Source: Leucoraja erinacea
Taxonomy: Eukaryota
Length of the DNA stretch: 64,000 nt
NCBI RefSeq assembly: GCF_028641065.1
Contig: NC_073385.1
Location: 18,600,001-18,664,000, forward strand
Direction of reading: 5' to 3'
Position numbers and translations under genes: made by a program. Below are positions 39,618-53,471 of the stretch, in pieces. The notes beneath the pieces were generated by a model. It saw nothing but the letters and a program-made list of their open reading frames with translations, was not told the origin of the DNA and did no database searches. Each line of letters begins with the position of its first letter. Position 1 is the stretch's first letter.

Positions 39618-41113
39618 TTGTTAAATGTTAAATTTACAATCTATATTAATGATCTGGATGAGGGAATTGAATGCAACATCTCCAGGTTTGTGGATGACAT
39701 GAAGCTGGGGGGCAGTGTTAGCTGTGAGGAGGATGCTAGGAGGCTGCAAGGTGACTTGGATAGGCTGGGTGAGTGGGCAAATGCATGGCAGATGCAGTAT
39801 AATGTGGATAAATGTGAGGTTATCCATTTTGGTGGCAAAAACAGGAAAGTAGACAATTATCTGAATAGAGGCCGATTAGGAAAGGGGGAGATGCAACGAG
39901 ACCTGGGTGTCATGGTACACTAGTCATTGAAAGTAGGCATGCAGGTGCAGCAGGCAGTGAAGAAAGTGAATGGTATGTTAGCATTCATAGCAAAAGGATT
40001 TGAGCATAAGAGCAGGGAGGTTCTACTGCAGTTGTACAGGGTCTTGGTGAGACCACACCTGGAGTATTGCATACAGTTTTGGTCTCCTAATCTGAGGAAA
40101 GACATTCTTGCCATAGAAGGAGTACAGAGAAGGTTCACCAGGCTGATTCCTGGGATGGCAGGACTTTCATATGAAGAAAGACTGGATAGACTCGGCTTGT
40201 ACTCGCTAGAATTTAGAAGATTGAGGGGGATCTTATAGAAACTTACAAAATTCTTAAGGGGTTGGACAGGCTAGATGCAGGAAGATTGTTCCCAATGTTG
40301 GGGAAGTCCAGAACAAGGGGTCACAGTTTAAGGATAAGGGGGAAGTCTTTTAGGACCAAGATGAGAAAAACATTTTTCACACAGAGAGTGGTGAATCTGT
40401 GGAATTCTCTGCCACAGAAGGTAGTTGAGGCCAGTTCATTGGCTATATTTAAGAGGGAGTTAGATGTGGTCCTTGTGGCTAAGGGGATCAGGGGGTGTGG
40501 AGAGAAGGCAGGTACGGTATACTGAGTTGGATGATCATATTGAATGGCGGTGCAGGCTCGAAGGGCCGAATGGCCTACTCCTGCACCTATTTTCTATGTT
40601 TCTATTGTTAACAAAATAGAGAGAGTACAGAGGAGATTTACTAGAATGTTGCCTGGGTTTCAGCAACTAAGTTACAGAGAAAGGTTGAACAAGTTAGGGC
40701 TTTATTCTTTGGAGCGCAGAAGGTTAAGGGGGGACTTGATAGAGGTTTTTAAAATGATGATAGGGATAGACAGAGTTGACGTGGAAAAGCTTTTCCCGCT
40801 GAGAGTAGGGAAGATTCAAACAAGGGGACATGACATGAGAATTAAGGGACTGAAGTTTAGGGGTAACATGAGGGGGAACTTCTTTACTCAGAGAGCGGTA
40901 GCTGTGTGGAATGAGCTTCCAGTGAAGGTGGTGGAGGCGGGTTTGTTTTTATCATTTAAAAATAAATTGGATAGTTATATGGATGGGAAGGGAATGGGGG
41001 GTTATGGTCTGAGCGCAGGTATATGGGACTAGGGGAGATTATGTGTTCGGCACGGACTAGAAGGGTCGAGATGGCCTGTTTCCGTGCTGTAATTGTTATA
41101 TGGTTATATGGTT
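39618..41113 (+). mobile_element. Composite of two CR1 3' fragments inserted in a SINE; left arm only
   Basis: Two successive RT C-termini with different tails; AAAGCC at both ends. Absent from the mirrored SINE at about 50460. Confidence 0.85.
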
Positions 41114-44100
41114 AAAGCCCACACACGTCACGGGGAGAACGTACAAACTCCGTACATATAGGTCAGGATGGAACCTGGGTCTCTGGCACTGTGAGGCAGC
41201 AACTCTACCCTGTAAGGAGCGTTATAATATTATAGTGGCGACCGTTTAAGTCAAGACCCAGCTACTTGTTGGGTCATTTCTGTCAGACTTGAAAGTTACA
41301 GCATGGTCCCCTAATCTGAGGAAGGACATTCTTGCTATTGAGGGAGTGCAGCGTAGGTTTACAAGGTTAATTCCCGGGATGGCGGGACTGTCATATGCTG
41401 AGAGAATGGAGTGGCTGGGCTTGTACACTCTGGAGTTTAGAAGGATTAGAGGGGATCTTATTGAAACGTATAAGATTATTAAGGGTTTGGACACGCTAGA
41501 GGCAGGAAACATGTTCCCGTTGTTGGAGGAGTCCAGAACCAGGGGCCACAGTTTAAGAATAAGGAGTAAGCCATTTAGAATGGAGACGAGGAAACACTTT
41601 TTCTCCCAGAGAGTTGTGAGTCTGTGGAATTCTCTGCCGGTTCTCTGGATACTTTCAAGAGAGAGCTAGGTAGGGCTCTTAAAGATAGCAGAGGGGATAT
41701 GGGGAGAAGACAGGAACGAGGTGCTGATTGGGGATGATCAGCCATGATCATATTGAATGGTGGTGCTGGCTCAAAGGGCTGAATGGCCTACTCCTGCTCC
41801 TATTGTCTAATGTCTATTGACATAGTTTGGTTTAATTTAGTTCAGTTTGGTGTCGCGTGTACCGAGATTCAGTGAAAAACCTTTTTGTTGCGTGCTATCC
41901 AGTCAGCGGAAAGACTGTACATGATTACAATCCAGCCGTCCACAGTGTACAGATACAGGATAAAGGAATAAAGTTTAGTGCAAGGTTAAGCCCAGTAAAG
42001 CCTGATTAAAGATAGACTGAGGGTCTCCAATGAGGTAGATGGGAGGTCAGGACTGCTCTCTAGTTGGTGATAGGATGATTCAGTTGCCTGATAACAGCTG
42101 GGAAGAAACTCTCCCTCAATCTGGAGGTGTGCCTTTTCACACTTCTGTACCTCTTGCCTGATGGGAGAGGGCAGAGGGATGAACAGGCCCTTCGGCCCAC
42201 CGAGTCCATGCCGTGAGTCCAGTTTCCCTCACATACAGACTGCCCACCCTTAGGCCCATAACTCTGGTGATAAAAAAATTACCCAGGAAAGTACTCGTTG
42301 ACCAGGGAACAGAGCAGTGAATAACATCAAATAAGAGAAACAAAAAGGGTATGAAGAATAATATTTTTGATGTAGCGGGCGGAACAGTGTGTAGGAAAGA
42401 ACTGCAGATGCTGGTTTGAATCAATGGTGGACACAAAATGCTGGAGTGACTCAGCGGGACAGGCAGCATCTCTGGAGAGAAGGAATGGGTGGAAACGTTT
42501 CAGGTCGAGACCCTTCTTGAAACTGGACAGTGGGGGCAGGTTTCAAAGAACATAGAACAGCACAGCACAGGAACAGGCCCTTCGGCCCACAAACCCTGTG
42601 CTGAACACGATGCCAGAACCAACCCTTACTTGCCTGCACGTAGGCCAAAGCCCTCCATTCCCTGCATATCCATGTGCCCATCCAAAAACCTCTTAAACAC
42701 CACTATCGTATCTGCCTCCACCACCATCCCCTGGCAGCACGTTCCACGCACCCACCACCCTCTGTTGAGTAGAGCTACAACTCGTGGAAAAAAAAGCTGT
42801 TTTTATGTCTGGCTGTGGCAGCTTTGACAGTCCGGTGTCGCCTTCCAGAGGGAAGTGATTCAAAGAGGTTGTGGCCAGGGTGAGACGGGTCAGAGATGAT
42901 CTTGCCCGCTCACTTCCTGGCCCTTGCAGTGTATAGTTCGTCAATGGAGGGAAGGTTGCAGCCAATAACCTTCTCTGCTGATCGGGCGATTCACTGCAGC
43001 CTCCAGGTGTCGAGTTTGGTGGCTGAGCCAAACCAGACCATGATGGAGAAGGTGAGGACAGACTCTACGATGGCCGTGTAGAATTGGACCATCATTGCCT
43101 GTGGCAGATTGTGCTTTCTCAGCTGCCGCAGGAAGTACATCCTCTGTTGTGCCTTTTTGACTGTGGAGTCGATGGTAGCCCCCCACTTAAGGTCCTTGGA
43201 GATGATGGTTCCCAGGAATTTAAAAGACTCCACAGATGTGACTGTGGTGTTGTTGATGGTGAATGGGGTGAGGGGAGGGGGAGCTCCCTCTAATATGTTT
43301 ATTAGGCATTAGCAGCCTTGTGGCCCTGCGGTGGAGCCTGATCTTGGGTGCTGTGTGTGTGAAGTGTAATTTAGTTCAGTTTAGTCTGTAGTCGCGTGGC
43401 TTGGTGACTTTGGCATCATGGGGCTGTGGGCTGCGGAGCTTCTAGCTGCGGGCGTGGTGTGGACTTACCCTCGCGGGGATTGCCGGAGAAGAGCTCCGAC
43501 CTCCGGCCTGTGTGCGGCCTAAAACATCCTGAAGCCACGGTCTCTGGTAGGAAAGTGCCGATTCGGGCGCTCCAAGCCACGCAGTGTGTTCGACCGTCCC
43601 GACGTCGGATTTTGGATCATCCCGACGAGAGGGCCTGTACATCGGGCCGTCCGTAGTGGCGACTACGGAGGGCTCACGGCCCCGACCACAGGTGAACAAA
43701 GGAGGAGGACTGACCACGTGGGTTTCCTCCGGGTACTCCGGTTTCCTCCCACACTACAAACACTTGTTGGTTTGTAGGTTATTTGGCCCCTAGTGTGTAG
43801 GGAGTGGATGGGAAAGGTGGGATAAGGTGAAACTAGTGTGAACGGGTGATCGATGGCCGGCCTGGACTCGGTGGGCTGAATATAATATAACGTTACTGAA
43901 TGTATGTACAGTCGCTGAGAAGGTCTTTTAGTTTTGTTTGGAGATACATTGCGAATACAGGCCATTCGACCCACCAAGTCCATGCCAACCAGCGATCATC
44001 CCGTACAGTAACACTATCCCACACACACTCGCGACAATTTACAATTTTACCAAAGCCAACCTACAAACCCGTACGTCTTTGGAGTGTGGGAGGAAACCGG

Positions 44101-44407
44101 AGCACCCGGAGAAAACCCACGCAGGTCACGGGGAGAACGTACAAACTCCGTACAGACAGCACCCGTAGTCAGGATTGAACCCGGGTCTCTGGCGCTGTGA
44201 GGCAGCAACTCTACCTCTGCGCCACCGTGCCGCCCTCTATATAATTGGAGGTGCGGTACGTGATAGTTTTATTAAACACTATCCAATATAACGCTAAAGA
44301 ATGTATGTATAGCGGCTGAGAATGTCGGAAGCATTTTCACAGTTCTAGGTTTGTTTATATTTGTTATTATTCCGAATAAAGTTTATTCTTGGGGAAAGAA
44401 AATCAAT

Positions 44408-44580
44408 TAACCAATAACCAATCAACCAATAACCAAACAATAGCCAACCAACCAATAACCAGCCAATAACCAACCAATAACCAACCAATAACCAACCAAT
44501 AACCAACCAATAACCAACCAATAACCAACCAACCAATAACTAACCAATAACCAGCCAACCAACCAACCAATCAATCAATC
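44408..44580. repeat. (AACCAAT/AACC)n simple repeat
   Basis: Directly visible; lies at the start of the palindrome spacer. Confidence 0.9.
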
Positions 44581-44648
44581 AAATGAAAAGCTTTTACAAT
44601 CTGCTACATATATTCATTGATAATCTAATCCAGAATCTAATCTCCCTT

Positions 44649-44852
44649 TTTTGAAGCGGAACTGGTTAAACCGAAGATAGACACAAAAAGCTGGAGTAAC
44701 TCAGCAGGCCAGGCACCATCTCTGGAGAGAAGGAATGAGTTAAGTTTTGGGTCGTGTCTGAAGAAGGCTCTCGACCCGAAACGCCACCCATTCCTTTTCT
44801 CCAGTGATGCTGCCTGTCCCGCTGAGTTACTCCAGCTGTTTGTGTCTATCGA
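44649..44852. mobile_element. Foldback Penelope-tail element with 18-bp TSD
   Basis: CAGAATCTAATCTCCCTT at 44631-44648 and 44853-44870; inverted arms with a hammerhead-like core at 44758. Confidence 0.8.
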
Positions 44853-45059
44853 CAGAATCTAATCTCCCTTATACGACAATGTTTCAATAATGTGTTGGAT
44901 GGGAACTGCAAATGCTGGTTTACACCGAAGAGAGAGACAAAAAAGCTGGAGTAACTCAGCAGGACAGGCAGCATCTCTGAACTGAACTGAACTGAACTTT
45001 ATTTATAGAGCACTTTAAAAACAACCACTGTTGCAACAAAGTGCTGTGCATGACTAATC

Positions 45060-45800
45060 ATAAACATAAAACAAAACAATAAAAACATTAAAAGACAGTA
45101 AAAACAATAAAAAAACCAACAGAAACACTAAAACAGGAGCAAAGTCTCATGCAGGGTCGAAAGCCAAGGAATAGAAAAGGGTTTTAAGACTGGTTTTGAA
45201 AATGGACAGTGAAAGGGCCTGTCTAATGTGCAAAAGTAGAGTGTTCCATAATGTCGGAGCAGCAACAGAGAAGACTCTATCCCTTCTGAGCTTCCGCTTA
45301 GACCTCAGTACCTCCAGGAGCAGCTGATCAGCTGACCTGAGGCACGTTGGGATGAAGCAGCTCAGAGAGGTAAGGCGGGGCGAGACCATTTAAAGATTTA
45401 AAAACAAATAAAAGAATCTTAAAATGAACTCTAAAGTACACCGGCAGCCAGTGGAGGGAGGCTGCTCCCTCTTACGTGTTCCAGTTAAAAGGCGAACAGC
45501 AGCATTCTGAACCAACTGGAGACGTGCAAGGGAAGATTGGCTAACTCCAAAATAAAGTGCGTTACAGTAATCCAGCCGAGACGTGATGAAGGCATGGATT
45601 ACTGTTTCAAAATGCTGTCGTTCAAGAGTGGGCTTCACCTTTGCCAGCTGCCTTAAATGAAAGAAGCTGGACTTAACTACCGCGCCTATTTGACGATCTA
45701 ATTTAAAATCACTGTCCATCTTAAAACCCAAGTTTAAAACTGTTGGCTTCACATACAATGCCAAGGGACCCAAGTCAACAGGGGGAGGTTCACGGGAGCC
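45060..45800 (-). mobile_element. L2-clade LINE 3' fragment in the palindrome spacer
   Basis: NLG...DS......I..VVKSSFFHLR.LAKV......HAFITSRLDYCNAL......LQLVQNAA.RLL. Confidence 0.75.
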
Positions 45801-47420
45801 ATTCACAGTAGTTCCCACTTTCCCATCCACTCCCTACACACGAGGGCCAATTAACATGCAGACCAGCATGTGTGTGAGTGATGTGGGAGGAAACCTGAGC
45901 AACCGGAGAAAACCCACGTGGTCACAGGAAGTACGTACTTTACTGGGCATTATATTGCCGTATATCATGTATCGGTACGCTGTAATCATCTTTCATGATC
46001 CTCTTTCAGCTGGCTGATATAAATTTGAGCTTGAATAGAGATGATGTCTCTACTTCGCCTTTGCATATTTCCTTGTTCCACGACCGCAGCTCTGGCCATG
46101 ATACGCCTGTGTCTGTTCCAGCCCTCTGGTGAGATCAAACACAAAGCACTCACTGTCGTTTCCAGCAAGACAAAAGCCTAATTGTGTCATCAGATGCCAG
46201 TCCTGGCGTGTTGGTGCCGGAAGGGAACATGATTTTAATTTAGAGATTCAGCGCAGAAACAGGACCTTCAGCCCATCGAGTCCGGGCCAGCCATCTATCA
46301 CCCGTTCACACAAGTTCGACCCTTTCCCAATATATAGAGGGCGGCACGGTGGCGCAGCGGTAGAGTTGCTGCCTCACAACGCCAGAGACCCGGGACCAAT
46401 CCTGACTACGGGTGCTGTCTGTGCGTTCTCCCCGTGACCTGCGTGGGTTTCTCCAGGCACTCCGGTTTCCTCCCACACTCCAAAGACATACGGGTTTGTA
46501 GGTTGGCTTAGGTAAAATTGTAAATTGTTGCTAGTGTGTGTGGGATAGTGTTACTGTACGGGGTGATCGCTGTTGGCATGGACTTGGTGGGCATGATGTA
46601 TCTCTAAACAAAACTAAAAGACCTTCTCAGCGGCTGTCCATACATTCATTAACATTATATTATATTTAGCCCACCGAGTCCAGGCGATCCATCGATCACC
46701 CGTTCACACTAGTTCCACCTTATCCCACCTTTCCCATCCACTCCCTACACACTAGGGGCCAAATAACCTACAAACCAGCACATGTTTGTAGTGTGGGAGG
46801 AAACCGGAGCACCCGGAGGAAACTCACGCAGTCACAGGGAGAACGTACTTTACTGAACTTTATCTTGCATTAAATGTTATTCAAAGTCAATGTTATACAT
46901 CACATGTACCCGAAGGTGCAGTGAAATGTATTTGCCAGCAGCGATACTTAAAAAGAACGCACAGTACACAATAAGATTTAACACAAACATCCCCCACAAC
47001 ATTCTTCACTGGGGTGGAAGGCAACAAAGTTCAGCCAGTCCTCCTCCTTTGTTCACCCGTGGTCGGGGCCGTGAGCCCTCCGTAGTCGCCACTACGGACA
47101 GCCCGATGTACAGGCCCTCTCGTCGGGATGATCCAAACTCCGACGTCGGGACGGTCGAATACACTCCGCGGCTTGGAGCGCCCGAATCGGCACTTTCCTA
47201 CCGGAGACCGCGGCTTCTGGATGTTATAGGCTGCAGACAGGCCGGCAGTCGGAGCTGTTCTCCGGTGATCCCCGGCGAGGGATCCCAGATCCCTCGTGGT
47301 AAGTCCACGTGGTAAGTCCACGCCACGCCCTCGGCTAGAAGCTCCGCAGACCACAGTCCCATGATGCCAAAGTCACCAGGCCACGTGACAATAGACTAAA
47401 CTGAACTAAATTAAACTTCA

Positions 47421-47617
47421 AAGGTACACAAAAAAGCTGGAGAAACTCAGCGGGTGCAGCAGCATCTATGGAGCGAAGGAAATAGATAACGTTTCAGGCC
47501 AAAACCCCCCCAAACGTTGCCTATTTCCTTCGCTCCATAGATACTGCTGCACCCGCTGAGTTTCTCCAGCTTTTTTGTGTACCTTCGATTTTTCAGCATC
47601 TGCAGTTCCTTCTTAAA
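47421..47617. mobile_element. Foldback Penelope-tail element with 14-bp TSD
   Basis: Inverted arms of about 70-80 bp; TAAATTAAACTTCA at 47407-47420 and 47618-47631. Empty site in the opposite arm at about 43360-43380. Confidence 0.85.
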
Positions 47618-50600
47618 TAAATTAAACTTCACACAGACAGCATCTAAGATCAGGCACTACCGCTGGGTCACGAGGCTGCTAATGTCTAATAAACATATTA
47701 GAGGGAGCTCTCCGCTCCCCCTCATCCCACTCATCATCAATAACACCACAGTCACAACTGTGGAGTCTTTTAAGTTCCTGGGAACCATCATCTCCAAGAA
47801 CCTTAAGTGGTTCTCCTGGGACCAAGTGGGGGGCTACCATCGACTCCACAGTCAAAAAGGCACAACAGAAGATGGACTTCCTGCGGCAGCTGAGGAAGCA
47901 TAATCTGCCACAGGCAATGATGATCCAATTCTATACGGCCATCGCAGAGTCTGTCCTCACCTTCTCCTCATGGTCTGGTTTGGCTCAGCCACCAAACACA
48001 ACACCTGGAGGCTGCAGTGAATCGTACGATCAGCAGAGAAGGTTATTGGCTGCAACCTTCCCTCCATTGATGAACTGTACACCGTAAGGGCCAGGAAGCG
48101 AGCTGGTAAGATCATCTCTGACCCCTCTCACCCTGGCCACAAACTTTTTGAATCACTTCCCTCTGGAAGGCAACTCCGTACTGTCAAAGCTACCACAGCC
48201 AGACATAAAAACAGTTTTTATCCAGGAGTAGTTGCTCTACTCACCAGCCAAAAATCTGTAGCTTCCCTTTGATCTGGTATTTTATTTAATTCACATGTTT
48301 AATCGATAATGTTTTATTAATAATGTTTTATGTGTCATTCCTAACTGTCACTGTATGTCATGTTGTCACTTGCGCGCGGAGCACCAAGGCAAATCCCTTG
48401 TATGTGAATACTTGGCCAATAAATGTATTCATTCATTCAATCATTCAGTCATTCATTCATCTAATAAATAAATGCAATTAGGCTGCTTTTGAGTCTGGCA
48501 TCCAGTTCTGATTGCCGCATTACAGGGAGGCTTTGGAGAGGGTGTAGAAGATGTTTACCAGAATGCTGCCCAGATTAAAGTGTATTAACTCCAAGGAGAG
48601 GATCGACAGACTTGAATCGTTTACTCTTGAGCGTCGGAGGTTGGGGACACCTGAGAGAAGTATATAAAATGATGAGAGGCATAGATGTGGTAGACAGTCA
48701 GAACCTTTTCCCCATTGCGGAAATGTCAAAGACTAGAGGGTGTAGCTTTAAGGTGAGAGGGGCAAAGTGTGGGGCAAGTTTTTTTTACACAGAGGGTGGC
48801 GGGTGCCTGGAAAGTGCTGCCAGGGGATGGTGGTGGAGGCAGATACGATAGTGGTGTTTAAGAGGTTTTTGGATGGGCACATGGATATGCAGGGAATGGA
48901 GGGCTATGGACTACGTGCAGGCAAGTAAGGGTTGGTTCTGGCATCGTGTTCAGCACAGGGTTTGTGGGCCGAAGGGCCTGTTCCTGTGCTGTGCTGTTCT
49001 ATGTTCTTTGAAACCTGCCCCCACTGTCCAGTTTCAAGAAGGGTCTCGACCTGAAACGTTTCCACCCATTCCTTCTCTCCAGAGATGCTGCCTGTCCCGC
49101 TGAGTCACTCCAGCATTTTGTGTCCACCATTGATTCAAACCAGCATCTGCAGTTCTTTCCTACACACTGTTCCGCCCGCTACATCACAAATATTATTCCT
49201 CATACCCTTTTTGTTTCTCTTATTTGATGTTATTCACTGCTCTGTTCCCCGGTCAACGAGCACTTTCCTGGGTAATTTTTATCACCAGAGTTATGAGCCT
49301 AAGGGTGGGCAGTCTGTATGTGAGGGAAACTGGACTCACGGCATGGACTCGGTGGGCCGAAGGGCCTGTTCATCCCTCTGCCCTCTCCCATCAGGCAAGA
49401 GGTACAGAAGTGTGAAAAGGCACACCTCCAGATTGAGGGAGAGTTTCTTCCCAGCTGTTATCAGGCAACTGAACCATCCTATCACCAACTAGAGAGCAGT
49501 CCTGACCTCCCATCTACCTCATTGGAGACCCTCAGTCTATCTTTAATCAGGCTTTACTGGGCTTAACCTTGCACTAAACTTTATTCCTTTATCCTGTACC
49601 TGTACACTGTGGACGGCTGGATTGTAATCATGTAGTCTTTCTGCTGACTGGATAGCACGCAACAAAAAAGGTTTTTCACTGTATCTCGATACACGCGACA
49701 CCAAACTGAACTAAATTAAACTAAACAAAACTATGTCAATAGACAATAGACAATAGGAGCAGGAGTAGGCCATTTGGCCCTTCGAGCCAACACCGCCATT
49801 CAATATGATCATGGCTGAGATCATCCCCAATCAGTACCCCGTTCCTGCCTTCTCCCCATATCCTCTGTCCCGCTATCTTTAAGAGCCTTATCTAGCTCTC
49901 TCTTGAAAGTATCCAGAGAACCGGCCCCCACCGCCCTCTGCGGCAGAGAATTCCACAGACTCACCACTCTCTGTGAGAAAAAGTGTTTCCTTATCTCCGT
50001 TCTAAATGGCTTTGCCCCTTATTCTTAAACTGTGGCCCCTGGTTCTGGACTCCCCCAACATCGGGAACATGTTTCCAGCCTCTAGCGTGTCCAAGCCCTT
50101 AATAATCTTATATGTTTCAATAAGATCCCCTCTAATCCTTCAAAACTCCAGAGTGTACAAGCCCAGCCGCTCCATTCTCTCAGCATAAGACAGTCCCGCC
50201 ATCCCGAGAATTAACCTTGTAAACCTACGCTGCACTCCCTCAATAGCACGAATGTCCTTCCTCAGATTAGGGGACCATGCTGTAACTTTCAAGCCTGACA
50301 GAAATGACCCAACAAGTAGCTGGGTCTTGACTTAAACTGTTGCCACTATAATATCATAACGCCCCTTACAGGGTAGAGTTGCTGCCTCACAGCGCCAGAG
50401 ACCCGGGTTCCATCCTGACCTATATGTACGGAGTTTGTACGTTCTCCCCGTGATGCGTGTGGGCTTTCTCCAGGATCTCCAGTTTCCCCCCACACTCCAA
50501 ACAAAACGTACAGGTTTGTAGGTCAATTGGCTTGTGTCTGATTGTAAAAATTGTCCCTAGTGTGTGTATGATAGTGCTAGTGTGCGGGGATGGCTGGTAG

Positions 50601-51287
50601 GCGGGACTCGGTGGGCCGAAGGGCCTGCTTCCGCACTGTATCTCGAAACTAAACTCAAATCTGCCTCCACCACCACCCCTGGCTGCGTGTGTAAAAGGTC
50701 TCACCACCCTCTGTGTAAAAGGTCTCACCCCGCACATCTCACAGTGTGGTTTCTTTCCATCCCAACGTTTCACATTCATAAGATTTTCATGTCATATGCA
50801 AAAATCCAGAGTTCACTTTAATATTTAAATAATTAAATAAACTTGTTTTCCCCTCGTGTGACACGTAATTTGTTTAAATTTCACTACGCATGTGAAGGGC
50901 TGCTCTTTATTTCTATAGTCAGTTATACATCCTGGTACCGAGTTATCAGTAGCAGCGAGTAGGTGCAAGAACCATCGCCGCAGGAAACGAGTGAAGTACG
51001 CACATTGACCGCAGTTGTCATTCAGGTACAGACAACATTTCTCTCTTCCTTTCTTTATGACCGACAGCCAGAAAGGGAACAAACTTTCAACAAACTTCCA
51101 GAAAACTGCAGGCCTGCTCCGAATCTCAGTTATTTTAAATCGAGGCTGAAGACTTTTCTGTTTGACGCTGCTGTTCATTACTTTTAATGTTAACTGGAGC
51201 AAGTGGGACTCGTTGGGGTCCCATCTCCTCAACACACGGTTGCGGGGGGGGGGGGGGGGAGGAGGGGGGGGGGGGAGGCCTGTGGCG

Positions 51288-51360
<73 letters not shown>

Positions 51361-51795
51361 CCACCCCACCACACATACACTAACTAACCCCCTTGATATT
51401 ATATTAATATTATTAATTCGCTCCTTTTACCCCATCCCCGCCCTATCCACTCACACATAGCCCCCAACTTGCAGGCGCGGCTGGAGAGGGAGAGGGGGCA
51501 GGGACAGAGGGGGTAGGGCAGGGGCAGAGGGAGGGGGCAGGGGCAGAGGGAGGGCAGGGGAAGAGAGAGAGGGCAGGGGCAGAGAGAGAGGGCAGGGGCA
51601 GAGGGACAATACTTTTCTGCTGAACCCTGCTGTTCATTACTTTTAATTTAAATTAAACTAAATAAGTAATTCATTTTTAACACTGCACTGTCATTTTTAT
51701 TCTGTTTAAGAAGGAACTGCTGATGCTGGAAAAATCAAAGGTAGACAAAAACCCTGAAGAAACTCAGTCGAGACCCTTCTTCAGACTCAGACTTT

Positions 51796-51829
51796 GGTCT
51801 GAAGAAGGGTCCCGTCCCGAAACGTCACC
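51796..51829 (+). ncRNA. Minimal type I hammerhead-ribozyme motif (best-preserved copy; Penelope-derived)
   Basis: GGU-CUGAAGA-A-GGG(UCCCGU)CCC-GAAA-CG-UC-ACC: core boxes, stem II, a palindromic ACGU in place of stem III, GUC cleavage triplet and a 3-bp stem I. Related cores at 975(+), 3351-3379(-), 4308(+), 19793(+), 44758(+), 60175-60203(-). Activity not shown. Confidence 0.65.
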
Positions 51830-53471
51830 TATATCCTTCTCTCCATAGGTGCTAACTCACCCGCTGAGCTTCTCCAGGGTTTTTGTCGACCTGTAATTTG
51901 TATTTTTGTATTTTATACTTGTCTTATTCTATTCTAGCTTGTTTTTATTTTATTTTATTTTTAATGACTGTTTTTATTTGCTTTTGATTGCTTTTTAATG
52001 CTTAGTGTAAAGCACTTTGAATTGCCTCGTTGTTGAAACGTGCGGTATAAATAAACTTGCTTGCTTGCTTTACAGCATTAACAAAAAATTAAGTTGCACA
52101 GAGGCGCAGAGGGTAGAGCTGCTGCCTCCAGGGACCCGGGTTCGATCCTGACCTCGAGAAGAATAGACCGGGTAGATGCACAGAGAGGCTCTTGCCCATA
52201 GTAGGGGAAGCGAGGACCAGAGCATTTAGGTTTAAGGTGAAGGGGGGGGGAAGATTTAATAGGAATCTGAGGGCTAACATTTTCACACAAAGGCTGGTGG
52301 GTGTATGGAACGAGCTGCCAGAGGAAGTAGTGCTATGAGAATGCAGGGTGACTTGGACAGGTTGGATGAGTGGGCAGATGCATGGCAGAGGATGTTTAAT
52401 GTGGATAAATGTGAGGTTATCCACTTTGGTAGCAAACAACAGCAAGGCAGATTACTATCTAAATGATGTCAAGTAAAAGGGGAAGTACAACGGGATCTGG
52501 GGGGGGGGGGGTGCTTGTTCATCAGTCAATGAAAGTAAGCATGCAGGTACATTTAGAAAAAATTACATGCAGGCAGTGAAGAAAGCGAATGGCATGTTGG
52601 CCTTTATAACAAGAGGAGTTGAGTATAGGAGCAAAGAGGAGGTCCTTCTGCAGTTGTACAGAGCCCTAGTGAGACCACACCTGGAGTATTGTGTGCAGTT
52701 TTGGTCCCCTAATTTCAGGAAGGACATTCTTGCTATTGAGGGAGTGCAGCGTAGGTTTACAAGGTTAATTCCCGAGATGGCGGGACTGTCATATGCTGAG
52801 AGAATGGAGCGGCAGGGCTTGTACACTCTGGAATTTAGAGGGATGAGAGGATATCTTATTGAAATATTTAAGATGTTTAAGGGCTTGGACATGCTAGAGG
52901 CAGGAAACATGTTCCTGATGTTGGGGGAGTCCAGAACCAGGGCCACAGTTTAAGAATAAGGGGTAGGCCATTTAGAACGGAGACGAGGAAACACTTTTTC
53001 ACACAGAGAGTTGTGAGTCTGTGGAATTCTCTGCTTCAGAGGGCGGTGGAGGCCGGTTCTCTGGATACTTTCAAGAGAGAGCTAGATAGGGCTCTTAAAG
53101 ATAGCGGAGTCAGGGGATATGGGGAGAAGGCAGGAAAGGGGTACTGATTGGGGACGATCAGCCATGATCACATTGAATGGCGGTGCTGGCTCGAAGGGCC
53201 GAATGGCCTACTCCTGCACCTATTGTCCATTGTCTATTGTAGTTGAGGCTGGGACTATCTCAACTTTTAAGAAACAGTTAGACAGGTACATGGATAGGAC
53301 AGATTTGGAGGGATATGGCAGGTGGGACTTGTGTAGCTGGGATATGTTGGCCGGTGTGGGCAAGTTGGGCCGAATGGCCTACTCCTGTTGTCTATTGTCC
53401 ATCGTCTCCACGTATCTCTCTCTATTCCCCAGCGCAGGTGTTGGTTCAACCTATGTGACCTGTTGACATTG

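Larger units (their letters stand above)
25940..44248. repeat. Left arm of a large inverted segmental duplication
   Basis: The order L1 / hAT-like piece / GPCR / CR1 / Helitron-like / unique block / SINE / CR1 / Rex1 / GC-rich repeat / SINEs is mirrored in 46326-57170. Matching unique junctions, e.g. gccgccctctatataattgg (to 44248) vs ccaatatatagagggcggc (from 46327). Confidence 0.88.
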
